30,964 nt of DNA from Psammoneis japonica (Eukaryota), in assembly GCA_008632985.1 (NCBI GenBank), contig QPGO01000109.1:248001-278964 (forward strand), written 5' to 3'. This document shows, piece by piece, positions 20,727 to 30,964 of this stretch. Below the pieces are notes generated by a model. The model worked only from the letters and a program-made list of their open reading frames with translations, was not told the origin of the DNA and made no database searches. The translations under genes and the position numbers were made by a program. How positions within the stretch are numbered: the first letter of the stretch is position 1; each line of letters begins with the position of its first letter.

Positions 20727-23700
20727 ATGTTGTCTGATGGTCTTGTTTGTCCATGGTGCAAACAAACTGGCTTCTTTTCCGAACGTGGTCTCAGCAGGCA
20801 CATCAGAACTAACTGCCTCCGTTCTGCCGTTTCCACCAAGTCTTTCAGTTGTCCTCGTTGCAGACAATGTGGATTTGACTCCAAAAACAATGTGCAGTGT
20901 CACCCATCTCGGCACTGTGCTGCTGCATTTGGCCTTCATCCCCCATTGACACAGTTGCGCCATGCAACCCAATTGTCTTCCCCATGCGGCAGAACATCTC
21001 TTTCCTCTCATCCTCTGGATTCCGCCTCCGTTGGCTCCCTTGGGTCCAACACCAACAAACCCAAATGCCCCCATTGCCGTGTCCCCTTTTCCAACATCGC
21101 CCTTCATCTACAGAAGCACTTGCCCTGCCGCGAAAAGGAGGAAATGTCCCTTTGCCGGCATGCCGCATCTTCCAATGCCACAAATGCACTCCCCCCTGCA
21201 GATGATGAATCACTGGACGACCATGACGATCCTGCTGGGTTTGGTTTTGCCGATGACAAACCCCCTCCTCCCCTCCCCAAAGTCCTTTGGAATCCAGCTC
21301 CATCTCCTCCCACACCATCGGACAATTCTTCTCCAGCTTGCCCTCCCTCTGCCGGAAATGGACTGCGCCCACCCTCCGTCAGACGGTCTGGTCAATTGCG
21401 TTTAGCCGCCAACATTGCTGCTGCCAGTGCAGCCTCCCAAAATGCCCCAATTTGTTTTGTTTGCAGACAATGGGTGTCTGCCCTTGGAGAGGACAGTCCT
21501 GTGGATGTCCCCGAGTTCATTGGAGCTGACCATCTTAATGGCAGTTCTGGGCCCCCCTCAATTTCCCGTCCAATGGAAGAGCCTGTTTCTTCCTTCAATC
21601 AACACAATCCTCTTGGCCCAGTGCATGATGTTGCACCCAATGAGGACTTTGATGCACCTCCAGTCAACTCACCCAGCATTGCACCCACGGTGCATTTGCA
21701 TCATTCATGTCATCGTCAGGTGTCGCAATTGACTTCATTGACAAAGTGATGAGAATTTAGCATGAAGAGCATGCAGAAAAAAGACTGGATGTGTCAAAGC
21801 CCCCATCACAACCACCGTGGCAATGAAGCAACTCCTGGGGCCATTTCCCAATGTTCCTCTCCCCCGCACTGCTGTTGTGATGCTTGAATGCAACAATCCA
21901 ATGCAGCAACAGAAGGATGGACCAAAATGTTGTCACTCCCCACCTTTCCCAGTTTGCAGTTTCACCAAGACCTTGCAGGATCTCTTTGCCAAGCCAGTGT
22001 TCCGTGATCTTTCCAAGTTGCAGGTCAATCCAAATGACATCTGGTCACCTTGTGTGCCACCCACTGCTGACGGTGATTTGGGTTCCAGTGCTGGCCAGGC
22101 TGACAGTGTTGAGATGCAGTTCCTGGATTGTCCTGGTGACTGGCAATTGTCCACTCAAAGTCAAGACATGGGTGATGGCGAGTGGCAACAACATTGCTCC
22201 AATGCCAAGGAAACAGCCTCTGACTTTCACATTCACCTTGTCAAATGCCCGGACAAGACTGGAGTTGATGCGGTCAATCCTCATGGGATGGAGCCTGCAA
22301 TGCACTCACTTGCCATGATTCGAGAGGACACACGCCGCAACTGTCGTTGTGGCATCCACTTGGATTCACACCCAATTTGGACAAGAAATGCAAGAAAGAC
22401 AAGCTTGGGTGCCTTGTTGTTGCCAACTGCCACCACATTCTCAAGGAGGTTCTCCGTGGTCTGCTTCATTGCCAGGCAAATCCACCCATTGTTCGTGCAA
22501 TGACAGGCACTCAATGCTGCTGTGTCAGAGCCACAATGCATTGCAACTCCCTGTTGGGGGATGTCCTCAATCAAGAACACATTTGTGGGAAGAGACATGG
22601 GGCCAAAGCAAGACCAAGAGGTTGTCTCACAACTGCCATGTGCCCTCCCACCTTTCTGATGATCCCCTCCATGTCTGCCAATTCTTTGACCAGGCTTTCA
22701 CAGAGTTGCTCGCTGTTGCTGCATTGGGCCCAGATCCAGAGGATGACAACAGCTGTTGCACCAGCATGTCAAAAGCGTTGCCCGGAAGCATCGTGCAATG
22801 ACATCAAAAAAAAAAGGCTGAGACTGAGCTGGCTTCCTCCCTCATTCGCCGAATGACTGTGTGCTCCAAAATGTTGAGGAAAGTGTTTGGACAGCACATG
22901 GTGGACAATGCTCACTTTCCACTTGGCATGGGTGACAGCCCACACGGTGCATTTGGCATGACCATTGCTGACACAATGCATGTGTTGGAGGTGGGCATTG
23001 TCCCTCAAATGATGGAGGCAACAACAGGAGACATGTCTGCCAAACAGAAAGAGGAGTGCGGCCAGATTGCATCTGAATTGTTCTGCACATCCCATTGTCG
23101 TCCTGGTCAGAGACGTGACTGTCCGCGAATTTGAGTTGATGGGGGACTTTCCACACTCAGTCAACTTGTGTGTGACGAGAAGGTGGGCAAGCTTCTTGCA
23201 CTTGCCATCATTGGCCACACACACGCTGGCAGAAAACTGCTGGAAAAAAGGTGCGATCCATCCTTTGACAGCAAAAAGAAAAAGACGGCTGATGGCTTTA
23301 AAGGAAAGAAGCAACAAGAAGAACAACTGACCAAATTGTCAGAAAGTGGACCCAACGATGAGGACCCTGATCCCGTTGAACCATCAAATGAACAAACTGG
23401 TGAAACAAACACAAGCCCGGTTGATGAGAATGTGCCTGTTGCACTTCCCAGAGGCACATGGTTGGATGTCGCCTGCTGTGTGATGCAACAGATGCATCGT
23501 CACGGCCTTTCTGAATTTTGGGAACCATTTTCCAATCAACTGGATGATGGTCACTTTTTGTTGTGCCAGAAGATTGCATGGGATGAAACCAAATCATTGA
23601 GACGGAACCAACGGGCTGTTGAGACTTCACCTGATCAATTGTTGATGCCCGGACCACATGGTCTTGTCGTTGGTTTGGCGGATGATTGGGACAACTTTGC

Positions 23701-24874
23701 AAGGTGAGCAGACAGATGGCACTTTCTTCTCACCAAGTCAAAATTGCCAAGCACTGTCATTTGTGCAGAAATGGAAAACAAACTTCCTGACTCTTTCATG
23801 AAAATCCGTCGATTGTGGAGTTGATGAATTGTTGGACTTGTTGCATCATGTGCTGCTTTTCCATTTGTTTTGTCTCTGCAGCAAGGGACTCCATGAAAAA
23901 ACAGGAAAGGTGGATTTCAAGTGCCGCGTCATCCTGCTCATGTTCAAGACAAAAGTTTGCCTTCATCGCACAAGGAACACCAGTTTGTTCCGGACCACCA
24001 AGTTCCATTCTATGCTGCATCTCATTGTCGACTCTTTCCTTTGTGGCCAGATTGCAAATTTCTCTGCCATGACTGGAGAGAGTCACCTGAAGTTCTGGGC
24101 CAAGCTTCCGGCAAAAACTTGCCAGGTTGCTTTGGGTGCAGACAATTTCTTGGACCAACTTGTTGTTCGTTTGCATGACATGGCAGTTCTCGAGAAGGCA
24201 TGCAGCCCTCTCATCCATCCCATGGTTGGCCAGGCAAGCGCATCTTCCTCTGAAGAAAATTGATGCACCCCTTGTTTGTTGTGAACAGAACTGCCCAAAC
24301 TTGCTGTCAGTGTTCAGGCAGCAACAAGATCCGGGTTGTCCCGGAAACTGCAGAAGTGGACTCCACCCTGCTTCATTTTTTGTTGTTGCCAACGGAGGAA
24401 CTGTCCACCAAGCATGATGAAATTGTTGTTTGCTCGGAGTTTGCCATGCCAGAGAAAGGGATTTTAATTCATGGACACCCCAATTGCAACAACAATGGGT
24501 TGTGGTGTGACACACCCAGGGTCTTGTGCAAAGAGGGAACCGGTCAGAAAAAAAGGCACCCTTTTGTGCTCCATGGTTTTGCACTGGCTGATGACGGAAC
24601 AACGCCACTTGCCGCAGGACAGTCATGCAAGGAACAGACAAAGACATTGCATGTCCCAAAATTTTGGCATGCTGGCAGAGACGCAATTACAGCGGGTGGT
24701 TTCTCTGTCCTGGTTCCCAACAACTGCAATGGAGACAATGTTGAAGCAGCGGGATGCTCGAACTCATTGTTGTTTGTTGCAGACAGACACAATGACTGGC
24801 CAAATTATTTCCTGTCCAACAAAGTGCTCCAGCTTCACTCAGACAAACGCAGGAAGCGAGATGAAGAGAAATGA
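20727..24874 (+). pseudogene. Degenerate Plavaka-like (CMC/EnSpm-related) transposase with three N-terminal C2H2/C2HC-like zinc fingers
   Basis: Ordered motifs across frameshifts: CPWC..RHIRTNC, CPRC..RHC, CPHC..HLQKH; C-P-DKTG (22246) ...EPAMHSL...TRRN; WHPLGFTPNL (22350); LGD; PHGAFGMTIADTMHVLEVGI (~22940-23000); KFHSMLH...CG...NF...GESHLKFWAK.PAKTCQ (~24000-24125); HPNCNNNGLWCD (24476). These match recalled Plavaka motifs YxDKT, WRPLGYIPN, DxLHxxExG, KFHxxxH..YG..NxxxxxxE, HPxY...WYD. Confidence 0.8.
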
Positions 24875-25117
24875 CAACGCACCTTGGGAAAAAGGAAACG
24901 CTCGTAAATTTTTTTAAGCACTCTGTCAGTGTTCTAATGAGTTTGCTGTGAAGGCGTGTCAACCCATCTAAAAGCATCTGTTGGTTCCACTCCTTGTTGG
25001 TCCTTCCATCAGCAAGTGCAGCGAACAGTGAGATCTTGCTAATTTGTCTAAAAGTGCTGGTTGGTCCCGCTCAGTTTCGATTCTCGGAATTGGAACAAAC
25101 CCTTCTGCTTCATCCAT

Positions 25118-27723
25118 TCATGCTTTGACTTGACTCAAGAGCAAACACTGACATGAGTTGACAAAATCACACCATTGGTCACCAACAAAACATTCAATCC
25201 TGTGCTCTGATTCATCAGGCCACAAACCGCTTGTCGACTTGTTCGAATGTTCCAAAGAGGGAACGGGCAACACACCCCACTCGCCAGATGTGAGGTGGCA
25301 TGGATCCTCACACAACTTGTTGTTCATTGATCGACATTCCCTGCAGCCCAGTTGGTCACATTTGGCCCAAGTTGGTCTTCTGCCATTTTTTCTTGCAACT
25401 TCAATTGCATTTTGAACAACTTCCCTTGCCTTCAACAAGGAGATCCATTCACCTCTCGCATGTGCTTCCTTCCTGACAACACACATGCTGACAAAGAGAC
25501 AAAATCCAGAGTTGCCCTTGGATGTGCACGCCACTGCGGCATTTTGAGGGGGGATTTGTCCCATCGCGGAAGCCGATTGGATCGTCAAAGCCACGCGCAC
25601 ATCGCCCAACCTCTTGCTTGGCAACCACTGCTTGGGTGATTTGTTCTTCCTGGCTTCTCGACAAAACAAAAGTTCCCTGGCAGATTCGTGACTTCCGCCA
25701 GTGTCCTTTGCCTGCAGAGTGTCAAATTGACTGGAAATGAATGCACAGCAGATTTGCATCTCTTCAATGTTGGTCAACAAAGGATCCGTGCATTGAAATC
25801 TCTGCAACATTGAACACGTTGTTCCGCTCATGTTGCCGTTGTTCTTCAGTTGCTTCATCATCAACACCAGTTGGTGGCGCAACAATCCCACTTCATTTTT
25901 CTGCAACAAAGTCTTCACAGATTCTTGGTTTTCAGGTTTCACAGATTCCCTCAATGCAACAAGAGGTGCACCATTGAATTCCATGCCCACAAATGCCGCG
26001 AATTCGTCTCTGTGGTGGAAAGCAACATGCCCCTCACAGCGAAATGTGAAATTGAACCAGCTGTGGGTGATCCCAGGAGAAGGTCTCTGTCTGAGCCTTC
26101 ATCAACAAGCAATCCCAACATGCCCTCATGGTCGCCACTGTCAAATCACTGAAGGTGATCCCCAATGTGTTGGGTGGCGCACTGAACATCATCTGTGTTT
26201 TCCATTGTGGAAAGGTTGAAGCCATCTGTCAGGGATTCCAGTTGTTCCAATGGGGCATTTGCATGTTCACAATCCGTCTTGAACAGCAGCTTTTGTAACT
26301 GAACTCCGACGATCTCTCTGTTTTGCAACAGATGGTCAAACATTGTGTTCGTGATGGGTGCCGAATGCCTTCTCAGCTCATCCACCAAATCTTTGCCAGT
26401 GTTGCAACCCCGCCAATCATCAATGAACACAACACCGTTGCCAATGTCATCCAAGAGGAATTCCCGCTCATTTTCTGAGTCAAAGTGTTTTAGAGGAAAA
26501 CCGGCAATGTGAGATCCTGCCTCATTGAGCTTTAACACACCTCGCAATTGTTCTGGGCAACCCAACCAGGCTTGGCATTTCTCAGACAACCTTCATCTTC
26601 ACTCCAACATTTCTCCTTGGGAAGACCTTGGTGTTCCATGCAAAGCTTTTTGGCACATGACGTGAACCAAAATCACGGTCAGCTGCAAAATCCACTGTCT
26701 GCACCTGGCAGAGAGGTCTTTTTCCTTTTCTGTCATTCCAGGCTTTGCAACACCTGATCCACCATTGCGGCTCCACCCTTGAGCAATCACTCCATTCATG
26801 CCAAAATCTTTGGCAACAGTGCCTCGACATGAATGGTCAAACTTTGCAGCAAGTAAAAACTCTCGTGCTGACCCACTGCTCAGCCCCTGTTCAACAATGG
26901 CTCTGAGCTGCGTTGACAAACCGAGTCCAAGAATTCTTTTGTCAAACTTGCGTGACCTGAAGACAGCATTGTTGGTGATTCCCTCCATTGCATCTGGGTT
27001 CAAAACAAATGGATGAGTTGGATCACTTGCCCGGTGCGGGTGGTTGGCACCCGAGTGCAGAATCTCTGCCTTGCATTGAAGGTGCCGACTCATTTGCTCT
27101 AAAGCATTTGGACCCATCACACCATGTGCAATTGCACGCAGCTTGAAGTGGATGATGAGGGAACACCTCGTTCCCTCCCTGCCTGGTTTTTCAACAAAAA
27201 GGATGTTGTTGTCGAACGCATCAGACAGCTTGTTGGACTTCCGGCGAGGTTGTTTCAGGTGGAACTTTTGCTTGACTTCTCTTTTGTTGTTGGAATTGTC
27301 ACCAAGGCTTTTGGGACGCATTGACAACAAACCCCAGTTCTTGCCACCCGCCCCATGTGGTTGGCCCTTCTTCCTCCAACAACTGACAAGATTGGCGTTG
27401 CACTTTTTGATTTGGTGGAGGAGAGATTCTTCCTTGGTTTTCTTGCTGTTTTTTGTTCCACATGCAGAGTCAGGTGCATCTTTGCAGTCAAGATCAAACT
27501 GCACAGCATTCCGGATGGGAGCCGGCCTGCAACATGGGCATTGCAGAAAATGCTCTTGTCTCTTGAGACTGCATGTTGGACAATGCACACAGTTGCCACC
27601 GGTGAAAACTGGAACATGGCAAGGGTCCTTTCTTCTTCTGGCCAATCCGATGCATTTGACTGGACCTCCAAAATCTGGAAAATGCGCCAACACAGCTTCA
27701 CCTGGTTGTGTGAGCCATTTCAC
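25118..27723 (-). pseudogene. Decayed cargo gene of unknown function, convergent with the transposase
   Basis: Consecutive long same-strand ORF pieces (26599-27723, 26146-26589, 25118-25990) with protein-like charge patterns but no Tyr. Confidence 0.55.
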
Positions 27724-28300
27724 TTCTTCATGTTTTAACTCATGATCCTTTGTGCACTCTTCCCTTGCACAAAACTTTCCGCAGGCAGAGATGTCAACTT
27801 GTGCCTTGTCTCAAAGGATGGGGACCTTGTTGTGTGCTTGCTCTTCACGCAAGAAGCAAATTGGGCACTCTTCCGACATGTGTTGTTTCTTCCATTTGAC
27901 CCAAAATTTGGAAAAAGCAAGATTGCATGCAGGCAAGAAGAAAATCCCATTTTCCGTCAGCAACAGCAGCAGCTCCTTGAGTGCATCTTGGAAAAAAGGT
28001 CCCTTTAGAACTGAAGCCAAGAGATGCGCTGGGTTTGAATGCACGCAGTCAAAGCAAGTGCGGTCAAACTTTGTCTCTTTGGATGATCTCTTCCATTCCG
28101 CTGATCTGTGCAAACTTAGAACATCGCACTCTGTGTGCTTCAGTGAGGAAGCACAGCGCATGTCTTCTTGTCAATTGTGCAAACATCACATCCAAGATCC
28201 TGCAGGCATTGAGTTTGAATGCTGTTGCGCGCATCTTTGTCACTTCCATTTAAATCACCACCGACTTCCATGCCAATTGTCAACAATCTGCCAGCATCAT

Positions 28301-28774
28301 GCAACAATTCTTCACTCTCTGGCCCAGTCAAAATTTGACATTTGTCATCCATGTCATCCGTCTCCACCCATGTTGTGTTGTTGTCACAGTCATGGGCAGC
28401 CTCCTCACCTGAGTCAATGCCGGTGGCAATTGTTTGACTTTTAGCTTTGCTTTCATTCCAGGAGACATCAACATGCATTTTGTCAGGCAAGGAACAGATG
28501 GGAAATGCAAGTGGTGCGACAGATGCAATCCCTTGCTGGCAACACTTCTTCACTCTCTGCCCCAGTCAAAATTTGATGTTCGTCATCCATGACATCCGTC
28601 TCTGCCCAAGTTGTGTCATTGTCACAGTCATGGGCAGCCTCCACACCGGAGTCAACACCAGTGGCAATCATTTGACTTTTAGCTTTGCTTTCATTCTAGG
28701 AGAAATCAACATGCATTTTGTTGGGTGAGGAACAGATGGGAAATGGAAGCAGTGCGCAAGATGCAATCCCTCAC
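28301..28774 (-). repeat. Tandem duplication, 238-bp period = 79-nt intron + 159-nt exon, inside a decayed minus-strand gene (~28140-29254)
   Basis: Copies start at 28301 and 28539. Intron 28774-28696 reads GTGAGG...CTCCTAG. Exon 28695-28537 is 53 codons (NESKAKSQ...ESEEVLP) and continues the upstream ORF (...SVVVQ) in phase 0. Confidence 0.9.
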
Positions 28775-29554
28775 CTGAACCACCACAGATCTTTTGCATT
28801 TTTTGGTTTGGAGGCAGTGCACATCAATGATTTTTCTGCATGCCTTTTTTTCTTTCGTTGAGCCAGCTCTGGGAGCCCTCTTCAAAGCCAATCCAATGTA
28901 GCTTGGATGTGCCGGCCATTTTGCAAGTTCACCAAGGCGGTTTGGGTTGCATGCATTGCTCTTCCCACTGCTCTCAAACGCAAAGATTTTTGCACCAAAC
29001 ATCATCAGCACAATGCCGCGGATTGAGTGGTCTGTCAAACCCCTTTTTTTGAGTGATGAATGAACGTGACCGCATTTGTTCACCCAACGTGTGGGAGAAC
29101 AATGCAGCCTCAATTTTGTGTCAAGGCTGTTTTCTGTGCCAAACGGGGCTGGATGCACCGATGGGGGACAACGGCCAGATGGAATGTTGGCCAACGCTGT
29201 TTTGTGACATGGCAGCGGCAAAGCAATGTCAGGTTGAGTTGGGTGGAATGTCATCAGGAAAGAAGTGCGATGCGCCGGACAAAAAAGAGATTCGTCAGCT
29301 CCATTTCAGCAACGTGGCACAACAGGCAAGGGATTGGGAGGCATTCTTTGGGGTGGGATCATGTTGAGGTCATTGTTTCACAAAGGGAATGACATGGCTG
29401 CGGAGGACAAGAGACAGAGTTGCCCCAACGTTGTCCGTTTGCTGCTCAAAATGCGTTGATCAGCGACTTGGACCAGATTTGGGAGAATGTGGTTTGCTGC
29501 GGGAGATCCACTTTATGTCACGACAATGCACTGGCTTTTGTTCAGTGTGCAAAC

Positions 29555-29845
29555 AAAAAAGTGACACCAAATTGATCTGTCAACAGACAGGTGCATCAAC
29601 AAAAAAGTGACACCAAATTCTTCTGTTGGCGCACATGTGCAAAAACAAAAAAGTGAAACCAAGTTGCTCTGTTGACAGACAGGTGTGTCAACAAAAAAGT
29701 GATGCCAAACACACATGTCAACACATGTGTGCAACAATGAAAAAGTTGTGCCAAATTGGTCTGTTGGCAGACAAGTGCATCAACAAAAAATGGCACCAAA
29801 TTGATCTGTTGACATGTGGGTGTGTCAATTAAAAAGTGACACCGA
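29555..29845. repeat. Tandem array of ~46-bp units, 6 full copies plus a partial
   Basis: Units begin A5-6 GTGACACCAAATT-like at 29555, 29601, 29647, 29693, 29740, 29785 and 29831. Consensus approx. AAAAAAGTGACACCAAATTGATCTGTYRACAGACAGGTGYRTCAAC. Confidence 0.92.
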
Positions 29846-30036
29846 AGCATCATTTGCAGTTGTTCATTGCACACATTGTTCTAAAAGAGTTTGTTTTTGG
29901 TGCGGAATGAATGGTGGATGGTGGCTGTTCCTTTGTGTTGGCCGCGGTGTCAACATGAAAACATCACACAAAAACACTGACAAGACAGTGTGCAACCAAA
30001 TTGTTTTCTGTGCTTTGAGACAGCTGGGATGACCCA

Positions 30037-30964
30037 TTGAATGAGATCATGCAGCAAAGAGGATGGACGAAGATCACATCACACTGGACCATTTGCGAAA
30101 AAAACGTCTGCCGTGCACCCAACAGATGCCGTTGGCAACACAGATTTCACAAGAAAGCCATGCTCATTGCACAGCAATGGATGCAGACTTTCGCTGAATT
30201 GGGTCTGTTCTGCTTAAAAAAAAAGACTGGGTTCCATTTGATTTGGTGGAGCCGGCATGTTCAGAGAATGGTGCAAAAGTGTTCTGTTGACGGATGCTGG
30301 AAATTTGCCCATTGGCCGACAACTTCATGTCAGAAACACAGCAAGTTACTGGCACACCCGGGTGAAATGAAATCTCATGTCGTCAAGAGCAAGATGGCCG
30401 GGTCCAAAGAAAGAGTGCACCAGGAAGGAAAAAAAGGCTGCTTGCAAAAATTCAAAACACCACAACCCCTGTTCAACAAGATTGCAACCCTGGCAAACAA
30501 GGCACCAAGCAGCAAGCAAGAGAAGGAAGGACACCGTTTTGTCAGTGAGTTCATCATTGACAAAAAGGACAAGGCGGAAGGCATTGAGTTGGCAGAAAAA
30601 TGTTGGGGTCAATTCCTGGCTTTCCCCCAGCAGGTGATTCATGCAGAAAGACATCCCGGCACACAGCAGCAAACGCCCCTGCTTCAAGTTTTCAAGCTCA
30701 ACATCAAACTTCTGGTCAAAGGGGGAAATTCATTGTGATTGCGTGGAAACAGAATTGTTTCCTGGCGACAAAATTTTCACCATGTTTCTGTTCCTCGATG
30801 ACACAATGGAGGACAATGGTGCAGTTGAGACATGGCTGGATGGTTGTGAGGCAACATTGAATGAGAAGGAATGCAAAAAACACTTGGTCAGGTTGGGTTT
30901 GGAAAAAACAATTGCTGGTTGGAGAAGCAGGCACTGCATTTGTTTTTGATGCAAGAATGTTGCA
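30037..30964 (+). pseudogene. Decayed ORF of unknown function, probably continuing beyond the window
   Basis: Tyr-free ORFs 30037-30738 and 30641-30949. CSVDGCWKFA...CQKH resembles a small Cys/His zinc-binding motif, but Cys/His are inflated by the mutation process. Confidence 0.35.

Larger units (their letters stand above)
16960..30964. mobile_element. Large hypermutated transposon-derived block (Plavaka-type transposase plus several decayed cargo genes); termini not identified
   Basis: Uniform TpA-depleted, TG/CA-rich composition. Contains a recognisable transposase, long Tyr-free broken ORFs on both strands and internal repeats. Could be more than one nested element. Confidence 0.7.

Noticed and set aside
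26460..26500. KHFDSEN as a TET/JBP HxD motif in the 25.1-27.7 kb cargo gene
   Set aside because: A single short motif with no distal His/Arg pattern identifiable, and His codons are unreliable in this mutated zone.
29555..29845. CRISPR-like regularly spaced repeats
   Set aside because: The 'spacers' are homologous to each other, no cas genes are present, and the context is eukaryotic. It is a tandem minisatellite.
16960..30964. Dozens of Cys/His-rich ORFs as metal-binding proteins, or evidence of an alternative genetic code
   Set aside because: TpA loss affects all frames, introns and non-coding repeats, while neighbouring host genes use Tyr and TAA/TAG normally. The ORFs are by-products of mutation.
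16960..30964. Classical RIP or CpG methylation decay as the sole explanation
   Set aside because: RIP enriches TpA and CpG decay leaves TpA untouched. Here TpA is the most depleted dinucleotide. CpG decay probably contributes but is insufficient.

Overview
Eukaryotic DNA, most likely a pennate diatom (inferred from short GT-AG introns, a CoDi-like Copia fragment, and DUF6824-like and diatom-type sulfotransferase and kinase genes). The window has three compartments. The central host-gene block (~2.5-16.9 kb) has normal composition and holds a sulfotransferase-like gene, a SYLF/Ysc84 protein, a Ser/Thr kinase, an orphan, an FG-GAP-like membrane protein, a tail-anchored coiled-coil protein and pseudogene fragments. 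It is flanked by two transposon-derived blocks: 1-~2.4 kb (Copia and DUF6824-like relics) and ~16.96-30.96 kb (a degenerate Plavaka-type transposase plus multi-gene cargo). Main signal: in both flanking blocks TpA is almost erased and converted to TpG/CpA, more completely than CpG is lost, and the few surviving TpA sites are mostly in YTAR context. Internal duplications, destroyed splice sites (GTAAGG->GCAAGG/GTGAGG, TAG->TGG) and conserved Tyr->Cys/His changes indicate TA->TG/CA. This is the opposite direction to fungal RIP and points to a repeat-targeted A:T->G:C hypermutation (genome-defence) process. I am not aware of a description of it, but could not search the literature. All counts are by eye and all family calls are from remembered motifs, not searches.
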